DNA of 14,108 nucleotides from Candidatus Thorarchaeota archaeon (GTDB lineage Archaea; Asgardarchaeota; Thorarchaeia; Thorarchaeales; Thorarchaeaceae): NCBI GenBank assembly GCA_048884785.1, contig JBHLQM010000052.1, positions 11,961 to 26,068 of the forward strand, read 5' to 3'. Shown piece by piece: positions 6,501 to 14,108 of this stretch (position 1 is its first letter; each line of letters starts with the position of its first letter). The notes under the pieces were generated by a model. It saw only the letters and a program-made list of their open reading frames with translations, ran no database searches and was not told where the DNA came from. The position numbers and the translations under genes were made by a program.

Positions 6501-9500
6501 TAATTATCCAATCACACTTCGACTCCATTATCCATATACTATCATGAACCATTGGAAACACTATGTCTTTGATTGGTTTGGATTATTTGGTGGAGACAGC
6601 TTTCATTATGACACAGAATCCAACCTGACTACAGCCTATGATGTTACGACATTCAAGTATGATGTCTTTCCTGTAAATCTCGAAGAATTTCTGGAATGGC
6701 GCATAATCACTCCAAATGATCCTGATGGTGACCAGCTTACTTCGGACTTAGAATCTGCAAATGGTCTCTCCGCGTGGAAATACGATTCTGATGGCGATGG
6801 CCTGAATGACAAATACGAGGTAGACTCGGGTCTAGATGGAACTAAAACAGATTCGGATTCTGATGGTGTTTCTGATTGGTATGAACATGTCTATGGAACA
6901 AATGCTACAAACAGCGATACTGATGAAGATGGTGTTAGCGATTTTGACGAGATCTCTGGGTGGATAATTAACTTCTACTATCTGGATAACCGGTCATTAC
7001 CTTTCGAGATTCCGGTGACCTCCGATCCCAGGAATAATGATTCAGATGGCGATGGTGTCGATGACTTCGAAGAGTTTCGCTACAATACGAATCCAAAGTC
7101 AAATGACACTGACGGAAACGGGAAACCAGATTTCTCCTTTGATTGGATTACATCTGAGGCAAATTACGATACAAGTACCGAGTGGACCTTCCCTGTTCAC
7201 CCCTATGGATGGGCGTCAGATATCTGTGTTGATGAAGATGGTTTTCTATATGTCACTGGGCATATAGGCGGGCCATATAGTAATTACACAATTAGAAAGT
7301 ATGACCAATCTCTTCAGCAAATTCCGTTTCCTCAGAATTCATTCTTTGCTAACTTCTACATTAATGATTACCTAGCAACTGGAATCCACTCGATAGCAAT
7401 AGATGATAAGAATGAATACCTGTACTTGGCGGAATGGGTAACTGAATCCGTGGATATTTGGAGGTTCGACATGAACGGTACGGTAATGCCTCCTGGACGT
7501 TTCACAGTCGGAGATAGTGTTATTGACATAGACAACCAAGGAAACGTATACGGACTTACCTACCGGTCAATGAGGAAGACGAATTCCACAGGTTATCAGG
7601 AGTACTTATTCAATGTCTATGGCGGCAGCTCATCGGGGCTGACTCATGCGGTCGATTTTGCTGTTGATGATAGGTTTGGATTCTTCTACATTGTAGAAGA
7701 TAGCGCAGCATCACTAGGACCGAGAGTTGTAAAACGACGATTATCTGATTTCTCATACGTCGAAGATTTCATTTCACCCTCATCCCTGAATGAAACATAC
7801 AGTGTTGCTGTAGATGATGTTGGCTATGTCTATCTTCTCTGTAATGATACTACAGGTGTACATGTTAGAAAGTATCGTCCGAATGGAGAGGAAGATGAGT
7901 CTTTCAGGTTCTATGGAAATGGAACTCATAGTCTAAGTGCCCCATTCTGGTCAGATTTTGGTGTAAATCAAATTCGACTTGGGCCTGACAAGAGCATCTA
8001 CATTTTAGAGAATTTCGAAGAAGGTTCTGATTTCAGAATCAAGGTATGGAAATTCACACAAGACATATGGTTAGCATCAGAATTAGTACCTGATACTGAT
8101 CCAGACTGGGACAATGATGGTCTTACCAACACTCAGGAAATCGACGGATGGGAGATTACCGTCAACTTTCCTAGTGGTGAGTTGACCTTCAATGTGACTA
8201 GCAATCATCTCATGAATGATTCTGACCTTGATGGATTGGGAGATTATCTTGAATATACTCTAGGCTCAAATCCAAGGTCACCAGATACAGACCAAGATGG
8301 TGCATCTGATCACTATGAATGGTGGCTTAATCAATATCCAGGTGTTCCCTATGAACCACCTCTGGAACATCCTGCTATGGCTCCAACGTTGATTCATCAG
8401 AGAGTGATGATGTGGATGGCTGCAGGTCCTTCATTGACGGATTGGGACACAGATTCTGATATGCTTGGAGATTCTGTCGAACTCACTTTCGGTAGTTCAC
8501 CTGTCAATCCAGATTCAGATGGCGAGGGTCTCTCTGACCTTAATGAGTTCATCTACAACTCAAACCCGAATAGTCCTGACAGTGATGGGGACGGAGCAGA
8601 CGATGCATATGAACTTGCAATGAACTCCAGTCTCTTGAATGCAGACTCAGATGGGGACCTCATCTTTGATGGTTTTGAATACGACAGTGGAACACATCCT
8701 ACAATCGCTGACCAAGATGGAGATGGGATTCTTGATGGAATTGAATTGTACTTCGGATCAAATCCGAGAAGCAATGATTCAGACGGGGACGGATTACTTG
8801 ATTCTGTTGAAGTTTCCTTATGGCTTGATGTAAATAATAATGATACAGACGGCGATGGTGTTTTAGATGGCATAGAAATCGCACAGGGAACAGACCCATG
8901 GCTGACAGATTCGGACTGGGATGGTGTTCCTGACAACGAAGACCCAGACACACTAAATCCGTGGGGTGGTCATATTGCACTTGTCTATGATACTGATGCC
9001 TCCGATGATATCCTAGCATTTGGCAGCCTCCTAGGAAACTACACACAGGTGACTGTCTATAACGCAGAGTCCTTCATGGATGTCAATGAGGATTATCAAT
9101 ATGTTGTACTTGTTGGAAGACCGTCAGCATCAGCAACAGATACAGCAGGATTGGTGTACCACCTTCTTGAAGACACAGGTACAATGCTAGAGGCAATGAT
9201 GGATACTGACACCGACAACATTGCTGTTAGATACAGTGTGTGGACTGACCCACAGACTGTTATCTTGATGTCAGGTGCAAATACCTCAGATGTCTTTACA
9301 ATACTGCAGATTCTGAAGTACTTCGAGGTCAGTCTACTACCAGACTCGGTTCTCGTGGAATTCCATGCCTTTGATTTAGGATACAACATGACCGCGGATT
9401 ATGCCTACCCTGTCAACACCATTGATACTGTAAAGACAACTGATACAGCACTATTGATACTAATGAATAGCCCCGCAACTCCGTCGATCCAGATATCTCG

Positions 9501-10065
9501 ATACAATCAGACCACAACTCCTCATGTCCTTTCTATGACAAATGGTCTGGAAGAAGGAGATACTGCAATTGGAAGATACATCGATGTCAGCATAACGGAT
9601 TCAGGAGCAACTGGGGACGTCTTTGAATCGGCATTGATACTGTTCTACTACCGAGCTGCAGACTTGGATCTAAACGGGAATGGTATCCTGGGGGATGTAG
9701 GCGATATCAACGAGACCTCCCTGTCACTATATCATTTTGATGAGTTTCGTGAGGAATGGGTCAAGATGAATAGCTCTCTGAGTTGGGTAATGGGTATGGG
9801 ATTGAATACAACAGACATCAATGTCTTCGGAGAGAACTATGCTGGGTACATTTGGATCCAGACCACAAAACTATCACTCTTTGCTATTGCTGGACAGACT
9901 ATCCACGTCGGTTTGGGACTAATGGATACTATCATCTTGATTGCGATACTAGGAGCAGTAGGAATCATTACTGTAGTATTTGTCTATAGATGGAGAAAGA
10001 GACGAATCGAAGGAAAACACCTTGACCTTCTTTCGTCACTGCAGAGTAGTCTAAAGATGATATGA
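3577..10065 (+). CDS. Giant cell-surface glycoprotein 1 (2162 aa): Ca-binding DxDxDG repeats, fascin-like trefoil, internal hydrophobic hairpin domain, NHL-like propeller, PGF-pre-PGF-like domain, C-terminal TM anchor
   Basis: Start moved from 3514 to ATG 3577 because the paralog begins MHRHRLM (versus MHRYRLM) after the same GGGATG context, and a signal peptide follows directly. About 22 DxDxDG(L/V)xDxxE units occur in three clusters. The C-terminus reads TIILIAILGAVGIITVVFVYRWRKRR. Confidence 0.92.
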   Translation: MHRYRLMAVTALVVILLVGMDVQRAVDHPEMSLGDSDEPLALVDTQDLVQRALAEDPPRTPVNLRELVIELQNATPIANRTDYDNDLLYDPVEKVIGTDPTRNDTDSDQLSDYFEVMNGTDPLLPDSNYDGIYDFEEVNVTLDLDNDGVPNAWDFDNDGDGVNDDPDLSPFACTDALDTFDIQLQTDGKPTLINLQLKPEDVEHLKIASQTWNWPHDEDGIMQDIDDSIDDITISPFLRITTDQIPSQSALDEMLVISTEDGLLVRLTPVLEYETIVAFSGSLLYDGSVPSNIDLTAELIWKVDGATDIVAKTLKAEDDYLSVGQDMMAVCNATEGDALALEWIHIRENSERIRFALKIFDGPYLTVAPDNTTLVFNATELGPREEFLYWKQNDVITAVTGDRFFVNPEGLMILQYTPATTFEVVDRIYSSNTHLVTYTDPFIITGLTIEEFYGTEVGVFYNSTDKNQTIAASWLMTYRFANNATTTLEDIPGILASASVEVSNITESVRDKYEALVKLGNELFPSAMIGVPANMHYPIIAAIEDRSKVLDLSNLADGSYIVSSPCQFNLLGTEVITSKSMKMNWYNTSTKIAVAPVELFVDVALMDLSDIAALNLIGMLFRWDTGIHTITCIGSDSELFQSPDSEELAITSNVLVFGLEGLVFAAELIFAFKAWKELNIYVKNMGGNVAEVARRLQAIKDRYELASEIMDLVKDLGKNSKFCTWLKYSKWINANKNFKFLRTFKGFSKTMFVLGILVDIGIAVWSGIAIAKQIGGDVGREFGTIYAVTAAIIGGLIIAIMTIIGMIPVIGWLLAIVACIVDAVGGYSSKLIQWLTDWIFGTPMQMGFTLPNAYLDDVPDITIIDNEGNGFTAGDALKINGSLWGVIEADVFQAYVVRYDYRFTKTQIAQALIALSSLDPYIEYLVPTGTNDIVNEMPSNITAEVESSISEHPFKYVYRFKQEFGVLVYPSIAMNNYPITLRLHYPYTIMNHWKHYVFDWFGLFGGDSFHYDTESNLTTAYDVTTFKYDVFPVNLEEFLEWRIITPNDPDGDQLTSDLESANGLSAWKYDSDGDGLNDKYEVDSGLDGTKTDSDSDGVSDWYEHVYGTNATNSDTDEDGVSDFDEISGWIINFYYLDNRSLPFEIPVTSDPRNNDSDGDGVDDFEEFRYNTNPKSNDTDGNGKPDFSFDWITSEANYDTSTEWTFPVHPYGWASDICVDEDGFLYVTGHIGGPYSNYTIRKYDQSLQQIPFPQNSFFANFYINDYLATGIHSIAIDDKNEYLYLAEWVTESVDIWRFDMNGTVMPPGRFTVGDSVIDIDNQGNVYGLTYRSMRKTNSTGYQEYLFNVYGGSSSGLTHAVDFAVDDRFGFFYIVEDSAASLGPRVVKRRLSDFSYVEDFISPSSLNETYSVAVDDVGYVYLLCNDTTGVHVRKYRPNGEEDESFRFYGNGTHSLSAPFWSDFGVNQIRLGPDKSIYILENFEEGSDFRIKVWKFTQDIWLASELVPDTDPDWDNDGLTNTQEIDGWEITVNFPSGELTFNVTSNHLMNDSDLDGLGDYLEYTLGSNPRSPDTDQDGASDHYEWWLNQYPGVPYEPPLEHPAMAPTLIHQRVMMWMAAGPSLTDWDTDSDMLGDSVELTFGSSPVNPDSDGEGLSDLNEFIYNSNPNSPDSDGDGADDAYELAMNSSLLNADSDGDLIFDGFEYDSGTHPTIADQDGDGILDGIELYFGSNPRSNDSDGDGLLDSVEVSLWLDVNNNDTDGDGVLDGIEIAQGTDPWLTDSDWDGVPDNEDPDTLNPWGGHIALVYDTDASDDILAFGSLLGNYTQVTVYNAESFMDVNEDYQYVVLVGRPSASATDTAGLVYHLLEDTGTMLEAMMDTDTDNIAVRYSVWTDPQTVILMSGANTSDVFTILQILKYFEVSLLPDSVLVEFHAFDLGYNMTADYAYPVNTIDTVKTTDTALLILMNSPATPSIQISRYNQTTTPHVLSMTNGLEEGDTAIGRYIDVSITDSGATGDVFESALILFYYRAADLDLNGNGILGDVGDINETSLSLYHFDEFREEWVKMNSSLSWVMGMGLNTTDINVFGENYAGYIWIQTTKLSLFAIAGQTIHVGLGLMDTIILIAILGAVGIITVVFVYRWRKRRIEGKHLDLLSSLQSSLKMI
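3820..4080 (+). repeat. Ca-binding DxDxDG repeat cluster 1 (5 units; TSP3-like / binary toxin PA Ca-binding-like)
   Basis: DYDNDLLYDPVE, DTDSDQLSDYFE, DSNYDGIYDFEE, DLDNDGVPNAWD, DNDGDGVNDDPD. Confidence 0.85.
6718..7131 (+). repeat. Ca-binding DxDxDG repeat cluster 2 (6 units)
   Basis: DPDGDQLTSDLE, DSDGDGLNDKYE, DSDSDGVSDWYE, DTDEDGVSDFDE, DSDGDGVDDFEE, DTDGNGKPD. Confidence 0.85.
7200..8060 (+). other. NHL/SBBP-like beta-propeller domain within giant protein 1
   Basis: Six blade-like motifs: DICVDEDGFLYVTG, SIAIDDKNEYLYLAE, IDIDNQGNVYGL, DFAVDDRFGFFYIVE, SVAVDDVGYVYLLC, QIRLGPDKSIYILE. Confidence 0.75.
8104..8949 (+). repeat. Ca-binding DxDxDG repeat cluster 3 (11 units, the last 8 at a strict 22-aa period)
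   Basis: For example DTDSDMLGDSVELTFGSSPVNP / DSDGEGLSDLNEFIYNSNPNSP / DSDGDGADDAYELAMNSSLLNA / DSDGDLIFDGFEYDSGTHPTIA / DQDGDGILDGIELYFGSNPRSN. Confidence 0.9.
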
Positions 10066-10072
10066 CGATGTA

Positions 10073-10105
10073 ATTCAGCTTTATGCTGAATGTTCTTTAT
10101 CATTT
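10073..10105 (+). terminator. Possible terminator after giant gene 1
   Basis: 7-bp stem ATTCAGC-TTTAT-GCTGAAT (10073-10091) followed by T-rich GTTCTTTATCATTT, 7 nt after the stop. Confidence 0.4.
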
Positions 10106-10141
10106 GCAGAATATAGCTCAAATCACTTGAAGTTCAGATAG

Positions 10142-10218
10142 TTAAAAAGCACGTTTGCCAGTTTGCAATGTTAACTCATTCATAATTTCTGCTTGAGATA
10201 TTCGCGTGGTGTAAAGGG
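10142..10218 (+). promoter_or_regulatory. Promoter/leader cassette of giant gene 2
   Basis: TTAAAAAG at 10142-10149, CAATGTTAACTCA at 10166-10178 and ATTCGCGTGGTGT before ATG 10219. It matches 3501..3576. Confidence 0.65.
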
Positions 10219-13200
10219 ATGCATAGGCACAGACTGATGCTTTTAGCTATATTAGCTGCAATTTTGATAGTTGGGTTGGATATTGAAAACGCAATTTACC
10301 ATCCAGAATCGATTGCTGAACCTCCTGAGGAAATATTGCCATTGGTTGATAGTAGGGATCTCTTACAAAGGGCGCTTAGCGAAGATCCACCAAGAACACC
10401 CGTAGATCTAAGAAGTCTAGTAATTGAACTACAGAATGCTACTCCAATTGTAAATCGTACGGATTATGATAATGATTTATTGTATGACCCAGTCGAGAGA
10501 GTCATAGGAACAGACCCAACACGAAATGATACAGATTCAGACACGATTTCAGATTACTTCGAAGCAATGAATGGTACAGATCCACTGCTACCGGATTCCA
10601 ATTTTGACGGGATTTATGATTTCGATGAGGTCAATGTCACTTTGGATCTTGATGAGGATGGTATACCTAATGCGTGGGATTTTGATAATGATGGTGATGG
10701 GGTCAATGATGACCCGGATCTCTCACCATTCGCATGCTCAAATGTGATGAGTTCATTTGATATGCATATTCAAACTGATGGAAAACCAACCTACATTAAT
10801 ATTCAGCTCACACCAGCTGATGTATCACATCTCAAGCTATTCTACCAGACATGGAATTGGCCTCTAGATTATGAAGGCCTTATGCAGGACCACGATGATT
10901 CGCAAGAGGACATCACAATTAACCCATATTTGAGAATTTGGACATATCAAATCCCTACACAAGATGCACTTGATGAGATGAACGTAATCACGTCAGAGAA
11001 CCAATTACTAGTACGGTTGTTCCCAGTATTAGAATATGGTTCAATAGTCGCGTTCAACGGTCGACTTCTATACAATGGTTCTGTTCCTTCTAATATCGAT
11101 TTGAGGGCAGAGCTTCTCTGGAGAGTAGATGGTTTATCAGATATCACTGCAAAGGTCTTGAAGGGAGATGACTACTATCTTGAAGATGATTACTATGTTA
11201 GTCATGATCAAGATATGATAGCTGTTTGCAATGTTTCAGATTCTGCAAACGCACTCCCATTAGAATTAATCGAGATTCGCGATACTGCGGATACCATGAG
11301 ATTTGCTCTGAAGATATTTAATGGACCATATCTTTCAGTTGCGAGTGACGGCCGCACTCTTGTATTCAACGCTTCTTCAATTGGCACGAGGGAGATTTTT
11401 GAGTTATACAAATACCAAGGATGGATAATGGGCTTCAATAAGGAATTCATCCATTTGAATCCAGATGGGACACTGGTCCTACAAACCTATGGACGTCTTG
11501 TAGTTGAGTTTGAAGATCAGGTGTTTACTTCCTCCACTCATCTAGTTTCCTATACTGAACCATTCAGAATCACAGGAATCACGATTGAGGAGTATTACGA
11601 TACTGATGTTGGGATTTTCTATAACACAACGAGCATGAATTATACAATAGCTGCAAGTTGGTTTATGACATACCGATTTGTGAATAATGCAACAACAACG
11701 CTTTCCGAAATGCCTGGGCTCCTTGCAAATCAAAATGTGAATGTATCCAATTCTATTCTTTCGGTACGCGATAAGTATACAGCTGTAATGGAGCTATGTA
11801 ATAACTTAGTCCCGAGCGTATTAGATGATCTTCCCTCTAGCCAGCATGTACCTATCTTGATGGCAATTGAAGATAGGAGCAAGGTTCTAGATTTATCACA
11901 GACGCTAAGTGGTACATATCGATTACAGGAATCTTGTCTTTTCAATCTCACGGAATTCAAAGTATTAACAATGAAATCTCTGAAGATGAACTGGTATAAC
12001 TCAACGACCAAAGTTGCTCTAGCTCCAATTGAGCTCCCAGTCAAAGTAGCCCAACTAGATCTGAGTGAAATGGCATCGATAAATCTACTAGCGGTTTTAC
12101 TTAGATGGGATAATGGAATTCAGCAAATCACGAAAATTGGTTCTGATCTTGAACAGTATGACGGTCCTGATTCAGAGGAGCTTGATATTGTACAGTATGT
12201 CCTGATGGGAGGACTTGAACTCATAAACTTAGGAAATGAACTTGTCTTTGGTTTAAAAGCTTGGAAGGAATTGAATATCTATATTAATAATATAGGCTCT
12301 GTTGCTGAAGTCAGTTCTAGACTTCAATTGATCAAACAAAGGTTTGCAGCTGGTTCCGATTGGGTTGACTTAGTCAAAGATATTGGAAAGAGCGACCAAT
12401 TCTGTACTTGGTTGAAGTATACTCACTGGATAAATGCCAATAGGAATACAAAGGCGCTCAAGGTATTCAAGAATATTGGGAAAGTTCTCTTTGTTTTAGG
12501 AATCATTGTGGATTTGGGCCTCTCAATAGCAGCTGGCTTTATCATCGCTGACCAGATTGGAGGCCAGACAGGAAGGGAGTATGGTACAATCTACGGAATA
12601 ACAGCAGCAGTCATTGGTTTAATCATAGTTGCGCTTCTAGCTGTAATTGAAACTATCCCGGTAGTAGGATGGCTAATTGCCCTCGCGGTGTGCATTGCTG
12701 ATGTCATTGGTGGATTTTCATCCGATTTCATAATGTTCCTAACGAAATTGTTCTTCGGGACTCCGAATGCAATAGGAAGTACTTCTCCAAATGCATATCT
12801 TGCTGAAGCACCAGATATTTCTATTATTGACTTCCAACAGAATGGTCTCACACTAGGCGATTGGCTGAGAATTGATGGAACTATAATACGACAAATCGAG
12901 GCAACAGTGAAAGAGGGATTCTACCTACGATTCGGTAGAACGGTTTCAAAAGAAAATATCGGTAAAGCGCTTATATTGAACAGTATTTTGAACCCCTTCG
13001 TCACATATCATCGCCCAGATGGTGGTTTTGAGTGGTTTGGTAACCTACTATTTGTCGACTCTCAGGAAACATTCAGGCAGACTAGTACTTACCCGTACAA
13101 GATTCTTTCAACAATAGAGCGAGTCTTTGCATCAATTGTAATTCCAACTATGGCTATGAATAACTATCCAATAACCATGAAATTGAGTTATCCATACATC

Positions 13201-14108
13201 ATGCGAAACTCATGGAAACATTATGTATATCCATGGTTTGGGTTAGGAGGAGATTGTTATCATGATGATACTTATGCAAACTTGACTGCGTGTTATGATG
13301 CAGTGACCTTCTACTATGATGTATTCCCAAATAACCTCAAGGCCTTTCTCTCGTGGAGTGTCATCACCGCAAATGATCCAGACGGTGACCAACTTTTGCA
13401 GGATGAGGAAACTGCTAATGGTGTATCACCTTGGAACTATGATTCTGATGGAGATAATTTGAATGATAGGTATGAACTAGACAAAGGACTCGATGCAACC
13501 AAGCCTGATAGTGATATGGATGGTGTTTCAGATTGGTATGAACATGTCTATGGAACTAATGGAACAAATAGCGATTCTGATGAAGATGGTGTAAGTGATT
13601 TTGACGAGATATCAGGATGGATCATCAACTTTTGCTATCTGGACAATGACTCGCTACGATTCCAGATTCCAGTGACATCTGATCCTAGGAGCAATGATTC
13701 TGATGGCGACGGAATTGACGATTTTGAGGAATTCAAAAGTAACACCAATCCAAGATCGAATGATACCAATGGAGACGGTATACCTGACTTATCCTTTGAT
13801 TGGTATGTTTCAGAAGCAACCTATGAAACAGCCATCGATATTACGTTAGATGGAGAGTACAACCAACTAACAGACATCTGTGTTGACAAGTACGGTTTTG
13901 TCTACACAGGAGGTTATATTGCTGGAATTACTTACAATGCGGCTGTAAGGAAATTCGATTCTTCATTGAATCCCGCAATACTTCCACCAAGTTCTGTTTT
14001 CCCAAATATGACAGCGTATCCTTTAACATCAACACAAATCGTAGAAATTGATAATACCAATAATTGGCTCTACGTACAGACCGAAAGCGGTATCGATAGA
14101 TTCAATCT
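10219..14108 (+). CDS. Giant cell-surface glycoprotein 2, paralog of 3577..10065, 3'-truncated by the window edge (over 1296 aa)
   Basis: Hand translation from ATG 10219 (MHRHRLMLLAILAAILIVGLDIENA...) finds no stop up to the window end (...WLYVQTESGIDRFN). It is colinear with copy 1 from the signal peptide into the propeller. Not in the supplied ORF track. Confidence 0.93.
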   Translation, partial: MHRHRLMLLAILAAILIVGLDIENAIYHPESIAEPPEEILPLVDSRDLLQRALSEDPPRTPVDLRSLVIELQNATPIVNRTDYDNDLLYDPVERVIGTDPTRNDTDSDTISDYFEAMNGTDPLLPDSNFDGIYDFDEVNVTLDLDEDGIPNAWDFDNDGDGVNDDPDLSPFACSNVMSSFDMHIQTDGKPTYINIQLTPADVSHLKLFYQTWNWPLDYEGLMQDHDDSQEDITINPYLRIWTYQIPTQDALDEMNVITSENQLLVRLFPVLEYGSIVAFNGRLLYNGSVPSNIDLRAELLWRVDGLSDITAKVLKGDDYYLEDDYYVSHDQDMIAVCNVSDSANALPLELIEIRDTADTMRFALKIFNGPYLSVASDGRTLVFNASSIGTREIFELYKYQGWIMGFNKEFIHLNPDGTLVLQTYGRLVVEFEDQVFTSSTHLVSYTEPFRITGITIEEYYDTDVGIFYNTTSMNYTIAASWFMTYRFVNNATTTLSEMPGLLANQNVNVSNSILSVRDKYTAVMELCNNLVPSVLDDLPSSQHVPILMAIEDRSKVLDLSQTLSGTYRLQESCLFNLTEFKVLTMKSLKMNWYNSTTKVALAPIELPVKVAQLDLSEMASINLLAVLLRWDNGIQQITKIGSDLEQYDGPDSEELDIVQYVLMGGLELINLGNELVFGLKAWKELNIYINNIGSVAEVSSRLQLIKQRFAAGSDWVDLVKDIGKSDQFCTWLKYTHWINANRNTKALKVFKNIGKVLFVLGIIVDLGLSIAAGFIIADQIGGQTGREYGTIYGITAAVIGLIIVALLAVIETIPVVGWLIALAVCIADVIGGFSSDFIMFLTKLFFGTPNAIGSTSPNAYLAEAPDISIIDFQQNGLTLGDWLRIDGTIIRQIEATVKEGFYLRFGRTVSKENIGKALILNSILNPFVTYHRPDGGFEWFGNLLFVDSQETFRQTSTYPYKILSTIERVFASIVIPTMAMNNYPITMKLSYPYIMRNSWKHYVYPWFGLGGDCYHDDTYANLTACYDAVTFYYDVFPNNLKAFLSWSVITANDPDGDQLLQDEETANGVSPWNYDSDGDNLNDRYELDKGLDATKPDSDMDGVSDWYEHVYGTNGTNSDSDEDGVSDFDEISGWIINFCYLDNDSLRFQIPVTSDPRSNDSDGDGIDDFEEFKSNTNPRSNDTNGDGIPDLSFDWYVSEATYETAIDITLDGEYNQLTDICVDKYGFVYTGGYIAGITYNAAVRKFDSSLNPAILPPSSVFPNMTAYPLTSTQIVEIDNTNNWLYVQTESGIDRFN

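Noticed and set aside
8446-8949. 66-nt periodicity resembling a CRISPR array or a DGR repeat pair
   Set aside because: The repeats are degenerate, in frame and conserved at protein level. There are no identical DNA repeats with spacers, no adenine-specific differences, and no cas or reverse transcriptase gene in the window.
8553-8951. Ser/Pro-rich minus-strand ORF
   Set aside because: It is the reverse-complement shadow of the Asp/Gly repeat codons.
10947-12044. Several short minus-strand ORFs suggesting a gene-poor or decayed region
   Set aside because: The region is fully occupied by the uninterrupted + strand paralog starting at 10219.

Overview
A window of roughly 40% GC that looks archaeal. 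The evidence is TATA-like promoters, dense N-x-S/T sequons and archaeal-type C-terminal anchoring modules; an Asgard/Thorarchaeota-like origin is my inference and is not proven. The left part has the 3' end of a membrane-protein gene, a probable 24-aa basic micro-protein missed by the ORF track, a hairpin terminator, an M3 oligoendopeptidase F and a small secreted membrane-anchored protein. The rest is a tandem pair of giant paralogous surface-protein genes: 3577..10065 (2162 aa) and 10219..>14108 (over 1296 aa, absent from the ORF track because it has no stop in the window). Their shared architecture is: signal peptide, Ca-binding DxDxDG repeats, a fascin-like beta-trefoil, a Lys-rich segment followed by a long hydrophobic hairpin resembling alpha pore-forming domains, a variable beta-rich domain, more DxDxDG repeats and an NHL-like propeller. 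Copy 1 then continues with a 22-aa repeat stalk, S-layer-like and PGF-pre-PGF-like domains and a C-terminal TM anchor. Both genes have a conserved upstream cassette with a TATA-like box and a 4-5 codon uORF. The best candidate for an undescribed system is a diversified family of cell-tethered, membrane-inserting contact proteins.
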